Shown piece after piece: positions 59,022-64,000 of a DNA stretch of 64,000 bases (within the stretch, counting starts at the first letter, position 1; each line of letters begins with the position of its first letter). The stretch is from positions 1 through 64,000 of IMG/VR virus record IMGVR_UViG_3300000233_000006, one strand, 5' to 3'. The notes beneath the pieces are model-generated. The model was given only the letters and a program-made list of their open reading frames with translations, was not told where the DNA came from and searched no databases. The translations under genes and the position numbers were made by a program. This DNA is from an uncultured virus (IMG/VR IMGVR_UViG_3300000233_000006). Lineage: Duplodnaviria; Heunggongvirae; Uroviricota; Caudoviricetes.

Positions 59022-59729
59022 TTACCAGCTCAAGTATCGGGGGGCTGGCTCACTCGATTCGAAAACCACCGAAATATCCTTTGACTTTTTGACGTTGTTA
59101 AGCGCCGCGTCCTTAATAAAGTCCGACCCGCTTGTTATATCAAACTCCCACACACCCTCAGTTATAACGACATCATCCGTAAGTTTGATCTGTCTACCTT
59201 GAGGAACAGCCATGCGGAATGTCACGGTGTATTTAAACGTCTTTGACGTCCCTGGAACCACCGACCCGTTAATAGGGATGAACTCGCATACGAATGACGA
59301 TTTTATTAGCGGTGATGACTGGTCGTAGGCAAATAACCAGTGTTCTTCTGTTCGAGACGAGTCTGGTGTCACGGTATTGTCTGGTGATATAGCGTACTCG
59401 AAGTCAAAGGCGTAGAAGTAAAGCGAGGTCCCTTTGACGTAGCTTCTATTCGGTAACACCACATCACCTAAAACGGCACCATGTCCGAGGCAACATTTTA
59501 AAAAGTTAGTACTGACATGGACGCGAAGGAAAGAGTTGTCCTCATCTTCACGAGCACGTTTACTGACGTTAGGTATGAATGCTTGACGCTTTTTATACGA
59601 AATGTGATAAAGGTATTCGTGACCTAGCGTATCCGGGGTAACAACCTTTGTATTTTTTAAAACGTAGGTGTTTTGTACTTTAAGAAAATTCTTAAGTTTC
59701 TCATCCTGAATAGTTTCAATCTCAATCAT
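59022..59729 (-). CDS. hypothetical jumbo-phage protein (possible virion protein)
   Basis: LYHIS, F.P.V..R...ED....RV.VS..C..G and D...T.EHWL motifs; ends PRYLSW. Confidence 0.75.
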   Translation of the reverse strand: MIEIETIQDEKLKNFLKVQNTYVLKNTKVVTPDTLGHEYLYHISYKKRQAFIPNVSKRAREDEDNSFLRVHVSTNFLKCCLGHGAVLGDVVLPNRSYVKGTSLYFYAFDFEYAISPDNTVTPDSSRTEEHWLFAYDQSSPLIKSSFVCEFIPINGSVVPGTSKTFKYTVTFRMAVPQGRQIKLTDDVVITEGVWEFDITSGSDFIKDAALNNVKKSKDISVVFESSEPAPRYLSW

Positions 59730-59738
59730 AAAAATCCC

Positions 59739-60017
59739 TCAATGTAGAAAATGTTTGGCGAGTTCGTTAAGCTCAAAGATTAGATGATTTTCGACACTCA
59801 CACTGTCTTGATGTGCTGTTAACATCGCTAGATCAATATTAAAATTACCGTATTGATCTGACGTAACGTTCGGAATAAGTACAGGCAAAAACCCATTGTC
59901 CTTTTGTTTAGTTTCGTAGACTTCGTAAAATTTATGAACAAAATGAGAAATACGTTCTCGGTTTCTCGGTTCATTTAAAAAATTGATACATAAATCGTCC
60001 GTACTATATCTTTTCAT
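59739..60017 (-). CDS. hypothetical protein
   Basis: 92 aa with AGGA RBS. Confidence 0.6.
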   Translation of the reverse strand: MKRYSTDDLCINFLNEPRNRERISHFVHKFYEVYETKQKDNGFLPVLIPNVTSDQYGNFNIDLAMLTAHQDSVSVENHLIFELNELAKHFLH

Positions 60018-60049
60018 AAAACATCCTATGACTTTTAAAGGGAACCGTT

Positions 60050-60871
60050 ATGAACGCATTACAAAAAGCGCTTGACGAAATAAAATTTCGTATTCCTCCA
60101 CACGTTTTAAACGAAACGTTTAAATCAAGAACGCAGTCGTGGAGAGATCGCGACATGTCGATCGACGAATCAATACTCAATAAGGTGATTCGTCCTCGTG
60201 TTGTCGTCGATACCAACATCGTAGGGGGTATCGAAATGTACATACCTCTTTACGGCGCTGAAATTCAACAGGTTGATAATTACACGTATGTTCTTCGTAT
60301 CCCTAAGGAACTTACTCAGAATAGGACGATTTTGTCCGCACTCTCCATTTCGTATTTTAACTCAAATACGATGGGTGCTTATGGGGGGTCTTCGTCCTAT
60401 TTAGGCGGACAAGCCTGCTCCAAAAACGATGTGCTTGGAGCAGCAAATGCAGTTTTTGATTCGTTCTCATCAGCGCCCGTTACAGGGACTGCGCAATTAA
60501 GGCTTATTGGTGAAAACACGATCCACGTGATCGATCGTGGATTTTTTATCCAAAGTGCTTTTTTACGTTGTATCGTCGAATCCGATAGAGAGCTGTCAAA
60601 TTTACAGGTTAGAACCTACCTTGCCTTCTCCAAACTATGTGAGTTAGCTGTAAAAAGCTACATCTACAATAACATGACGATTACGATCGACATGGCTTTT
60701 CTAGAAGGCGGTCGTGAACTCGGTAGTTTTAAAACTACCGTCGAGTCATATTCTGATGCAGAACAAATGTATCAGGATTTCCTAAAAGAAAAATGGGGAA
60801 AAATTAACTTCATGAATGATGGTGAACGCATGACGCGTTTTTTAAAATCGACCATCGGGTCAATGAAATAG
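60050..60871 (+). CDS. phiKZ gp42-like core protein
   Basis: MN.L.KAL.EIKF.IP, VIRPRV.VD.N..GG, LIGENT and LAVKSYIYN motifs. Confidence 0.7.
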   Translation: MNALQKALDEIKFRIPPHVLNETFKSRTQSWRDRDMSIDESILNKVIRPRVVVDTNIVGGIEMYIPLYGAEIQQVDNYTYVLRIPKELTQNRTILSALSISYFNSNTMGAYGGSSSYLGGQACSKNDVLGAANAVFDSFSSAPVTGTAQLRLIGENTIHVIDRGFFIQSAFLRCIVESDRELSNLQVRTYLAFSKLCELAVKSYIYNNMTITIDMAFLEGGRELGSFKTTVESYSDAEQMYQDFLKEKWGKINFMNDGERMTRFLKSTIGSMK

Positions 60872-60881
60872 GGGATTTGGT

Positions 60882-61502
60882 ATGTCTAGTCAATTAGAAA
60901 CTGAGGTTGTTATTTTCGCTAAAATTAACGAGCCTAAAGGCCTTTTAGAGGCCGTTTATAGCGAATGTCATAATCAGTATAGCCTGGTTCAAAATAGTAA
61001 AGGCAAGCTACGTCTACGTGAGTCTTGGGATAGTGACCAAAATACATCGATCGATAGTTATCGTCGAAAGATGACGGTAAAACTCAGCACCTCTCAAGAT
61101 AGCGCGGTCCCTCAATATGAAGAACATGACGTGACCGTCAGTAAAGAACTGTTTGAAGTAATGAAAAGTCTTGCGCTTAACGTTGTTCGAAAAACCCGTT
61201 ACATTTTTAATTCGAAGAACGTAACGATTAAAGTGGATGGTTATGACGATATTATCTTGCCTATGGTTAAATACGAAGTCGACGTTTTTAAGGATGGGCA
61301 AAATGCGTCTAAGCCTTGGTGTAAAATCGAAGTTGAATTTGACAAGATGTTAGAAGAAATTAAAGAGCGTTTCCCGGATATTAAAGACACGTCAGTTAAG
61401 GTTGCTATATCTCATCTTCCTTTTAAACCAAGCGATTGGTTTATGCCTGAGTCGATGGACGACGCCCAAAAGAAAATTGTTGACGATCTCTTTAACCAAT
61501 AA
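60882..61502 (+). CDS. CYTH-like (triphosphate tunnel) protein
   Basis: ETE (ExE), LRLR, MTVK, E.D, KTRY, EVDVF and IEVE motifs. Confidence 0.7.
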   Translation: MSSQLETEVVIFAKINEPKGLLEAVYSECHNQYSLVQNSKGKLRLRESWDSDQNTSIDSYRRKMTVKLSTSQDSAVPQYEEHDVTVSKELFEVMKSLALNVVRKTRYIFNSKNVTIKVDGYDDIILPMVKYEVDVFKDGQNASKPWCKIEVEFDKMLEEIKERFPDIKDTSVKVAISHLPFKPSDWFMPESMDDAQKKIVDDLFNQ

Positions 61503-61509
61503 AAAAAAA

Positions 61510-61547
61510 ATAGATCTCGGTACGGACATGTCCGTACCGAGATCTAT
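61510..61547. terminator. 38-bp perfect palindrome, bidirectional terminator
   Basis: atagatctcggtacggaca|tgtccgtaccgagatctat. Confidence 0.8.
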
Positions 61548-61550
61548 GCC

Positions 61551-62216
61551 TTACCTATGCCTAAACGATGCTTTGATATCGAAGCCGTGTTTGACGATTC
61601 GATCGTTATTGTCAATCTCGATTGGCGGATTTAAGTCGGGTGAGTCTTTAAGTAGATTTGATATAAAGTACTCAACGTCCTGATAGAGTTGTTCTTCAGG
61701 ATAAAGGCGGGATAACTTAAACTCACTAAGCTTAGGTATAGTTGGATTAATCTTTAAAGTGACCGTCCTATTATCTCCGACGGATACATCTTCAATAATA
61801 AAGATTGGTGACCCAACTTGCTTACTCAAATCTAAGATATCTTTTAAAGGTAAGTTAAAAATATCGTCGTAGACGAGTGTTGCATAGACTGAGAGACTAG
61901 CGTACCTTTTGTTTCTTACCCTAAAGAGCTTTTTCCATAATACTGGACTGTCGAGTTCTGAAGTAATTAATGTAGTGTCTTGACCTGCATACGTGCGGCT
62001 TTGTTGCAACAAAAAAGCCTTGCCGCAAACTGCAAGGATGTTAATTTTAAAAGGCATCGATTTGTATTTAAGTATTCTTAGGAGTGCTTCGTTAAGAGAG
62101 GGTAGCGTTATGTATTCTGGAAGTTTTATATTTCGATTAAAGACAAACTTTTTTTCAATCCCGTAGATAGTGGAAAGATAATCGTAGTAATCTACGAATT
62201 TTGAAATGATTTTCAT
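61551..62216 (-). CDS. hypothetical phage protein
   Basis: MKIISKF.DYYD N-terminus and RI.KHGFD.K.SFR C-terminus. Confidence 0.75.
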   Translation of the reverse strand: MKIISKFVDYYDYLSTIYGIEKKFVFNRNIKLPEYITLPSLNEALLRILKYKSMPFKINILAVCGKAFLLQQSRTYAGQDTTLITSELDSPVLWKKLFRVRNKRYASLSVYATLVYDDIFNLPLKDILDLSKQVGSPIFIIEDVSVGDNRTVTLKINPTIPKLSEFKLSRLYPEEQLYQDVEYFISNLLKDSPDLNPPIEIDNNDRIVKHGFDIKASFRHR

Positions 62217-62236
62217 TGGGGTGGATCCATTTAAAA

Positions 62237-62268
62237 TATCCTTTAGACGCTAGAGCGTCTAAAGGATA
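62237..62268 (-). terminator. terminator hairpin
   Basis: tatcctttagacgct-ag-agcgtctaaaggata. Confidence 0.7.
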
Positions 62269-62274
62269 GTGTAA

Positions 62275-62673
62275 TTAACTTAAAGTTAAGACGGGGTTGA
62301 TGTAACCTGCCTTCATCAGAAGGCGCCGAATGATGATAAGGTCACTATCGGCTAAATCCGGTATCGTGATCGTCAATAAAGACGTCGTAATAAGTTCGAT
62401 GGAATCGAGATTGATCCATTCTAACGCAAGTATAGTGCGTATACTTCCGGAGAGTTCGAACAAAACGTAAGTGTAGTTCTCAGGCCGATCTGGAACGCCG
62501 TTGGCTAGAAGGTAAGGATAAACCGTACGGTGTTTAGATTCGACGTTATCGATAATCATTGCCGATCGGTAATCCATTATTGAAGAGACGCGTGCGCGAT
62601 CAAGCGTTGCACCAAGAACAATAGGTGCCAACGTATCAAACTTATAGGTTTTTCCAATCTCAAAAGGAATCAT
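62275..62673 (-). CDS. conserved phiKZ-like small protein (gp34-like, tentative)
   Basis: Y.F.TLAP.VLG, H..VYPYL..G.PD.P..Y.Y and WI...SI motifs. Confidence 0.55.
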   Translation of the reverse strand: MIPFEIGKTYKFDTLAPIVLGATLDRARVSSIMDYRSAMIIDNVESKHRTVYPYLLANGVPDRPENYTYVLFELSGSIRTILALEWINLDSIELITTSLLTITIPDLADSDLIIIRRLLMKAGYINPVLTLS

Positions 62674-62678
62674 TTTTC

Positions 62679-63071
62679 TTACTCCGTATAAACGACAAAA
62701 TGTACGTCTTGCCTTGTCACACGATTGATCGAAAGCATTTCAAAATCTAAATCGAAAATATTCGATTCTTTACAGCGTACCCATAAAAGAATCGCTAAGT
62801 TATCTCGGATCCTACATATGAGTTGATATTTTACAGGATCAATAAGGACAGATGCAAAGACAGGAGGGATGGGGTGATTTCTTAAATAGTTAATGAAGTC
62901 ATTGAAATTTCGATTCATGGAGTTCATAATAAACTCCATAAGTGCCGTTAAGGCATTCATGGCGTAAATAGAGTCTGACTGACCTTCGAAAAGTTCTATG
63001 GTCTCTTTCCTTAGTTCTATAAGGTCATCACCTAAATCAAAGATGACGTAGTAGTTTCTGTCATAGTCCAT
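62679..63071 (-). CDS. hypothetical protein
   Basis: 130 aa in a tight operon. Confidence 0.65.
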   Translation of the reverse strand: MDYDRNYYVIFDLGDDLIELRKETIELFEGQSDSIYAMNALTALMEFIMNSMNRNFNDFINYLRNHPIPPVFASVLIDPVKYQLICRIRDNLAILLWVRCKESNIFDLDFEMLSINRVTRQDVHFVVYTE

Positions 63072-63075
63072 AATT

Positions 63076-63417
63076 TTAACCTGTAATTAAAAGACCGTTG
63101 CGATTTTGCCATCTAAAGAATCTAAAGTATTCGACGCTATAGTCGTAAATCATATCGACCTCATACCAAAAATTTTCAGAGACGTTCTGATAAAAAAGGT
63201 TGGCTTCTTCAAAGTTAACTCTTGTTTGCGAACTTAACGATTCAATAACGTCATTAATAATTTCTTCGTTATAAAATCCTGGTATGGCTGAGGACGGTAT
63301 TTCGTAACGTTCTATGAACGTTCGTATGGGAAGTACCTGGATGACAGGTTTGATGTTGTAGGGTATTTTAAACCCTAGTGTTTTTGGTATTTCGATATAA
63401 ATAAGTCTAGATAGCAT
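63076..63417 (-). CDS. hypothetical protein
   Basis: 113 aa in a tight operon. Confidence 0.65.
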   Translation of the reverse strand: MLSRLIYIEIPKTLGFKIPYNIKPVIQVLPIRTFIERYEIPSSAIPGFYNEEIINDVIESLSSQTRVNFEEANLFYQNVSENFWYEVDMIYDYSVEYFRFFRWQNRNGLLITG

Positions 63418-63784
63418 CGTCTCGTCCTTCGATAAATAAAACGCAACAAACGTTCTTAAATTCTAGAAGTTTTAGATTAAAGACATTAACTTGAGTGACC
63501 TCAAGTATTTCATCTAGAGCGCTTTCAATCGATTCGACGTACATCAAAAGGTTTACTTTAAACTCAAGATTTCCGTCGAAGTAAAGATCGATCTCTTGTT
63601 CGTAAATATCGAAAACGAACTGGGCTGCCGAACCATAGGTTGATCTAGGGATGGTAAGTAATTCACGGATGACTTCTTCAACAGGAGGAAGTAATTCGCG
63701 GTCATTTTCGAACACTTCAATTATTGAAGATAGGTCGCAGATAAAGATTTTCTTTTTTTCTTCTACGAATTCATTCGCCGTCAT
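63407..63784 (-). CDS. hypothetical acidic protein
   Basis: 125 aa in a tight operon. Confidence 0.65.
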   Translation of the reverse strand: MTANEFVEEKKKIFICDLSSIIEVFENDRELLPPVEEVIRELLTIPRSTYGSAAQFVFDIYEQEIDLYFDGNLEFKVNLLMYVESIESALDEILEVTQVNVFNLKLLEFKNVCCVLFIEGRDDAI

Positions 63785-63805
63785 AGGAGTGGATCCATGG
63801 ATGGG

Positions 63806-64000
63806 TCACGACCCCGAAGGCATGAGTCATCGCAGACATGTCTGCGGGACTTCCTTCGGAACGATCGTGATCAGTGAGTGTAACGGTAACCGTCTGTTCT
63901 TGAACAGACGGTGATCGGAGAGGATGACGGGATGTCGATCGACATCCCACCGTATGTCACGCGTAGAGACCTTGTCGTATGTACGAGTGAAGTCACGCGT
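63806..64000. other. GC-rich non-coding cluster of palindromes and hairpins (truncated by the window end)
   Basis: cgcagacatgtctgcg 63831-63846, accgtctgttc/gaacagacggt 63889-63912, gggatgtcgatcgacatccc 63929-63948. Confidence 0.65.

Noticed and set aside
63651..63914. + strand 87-aa ORF, or a tRNA in the terminal hairpin cluster
   Set aside because: The ORF is antisense to a real gene; no cloverleaf with a TTCRA T-loop and CCA end was recognisable
1..64000. Apparent abundance of CGATCG/GTCGAC/GACGTC sites (no restriction-site avoidance)
   Set aside because: This is a visual impression only; it needs observed/expected k-mer counts that I could not compute

Overview
This window is a 64 kb segment of a nucleus-forming, phiKZ-like jumbo phage genome (Chimalliviridae). 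It holds the family core block in largely phiKZ-like order: head and baseplate genes (gp84-gp91-like), the split family B DNA polymerase (gp82- and gp50-like), a virion RNAP subunit (gp80-like), an SF2 helicase, four non-virion RNAP subunits (gp55, gp68, gp71-73, gp74), the import factor PicA/Imp1, ChmC, an SbcD-like nuclease, chimallin and DnaB. An accessory region follows, with tail-fibre, lysis, dCTP deaminase and nucleotide-related genes. The main observations are: (1) three related ORF-less group I introns, each splitting a different nvRNAP subunit gene, one of them within the catalytic NADFDGD motif; (2) a candidate -1 programmed frameshift (T TTT TTC) joining the gp77-like gene to the next ORF, resembling a tail-assembly-chaperone G/GT pair; (3) a tandemly duplicated four-gene cassette whose proteins look like catalytically eroded TilS-like, DUF4326-like and NUMOD/GIY-YIG-like folds, next to a glycosyltransferase frameshifted at a T9 tract; (4) a macro-like plus SLOG fusion; (5) recurrent TATATTAC early promoters and unusually long perfect palindromes. 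All phiKZ gp labels come from motif recognition, length and synteny recalled from memory. No database searches were run.
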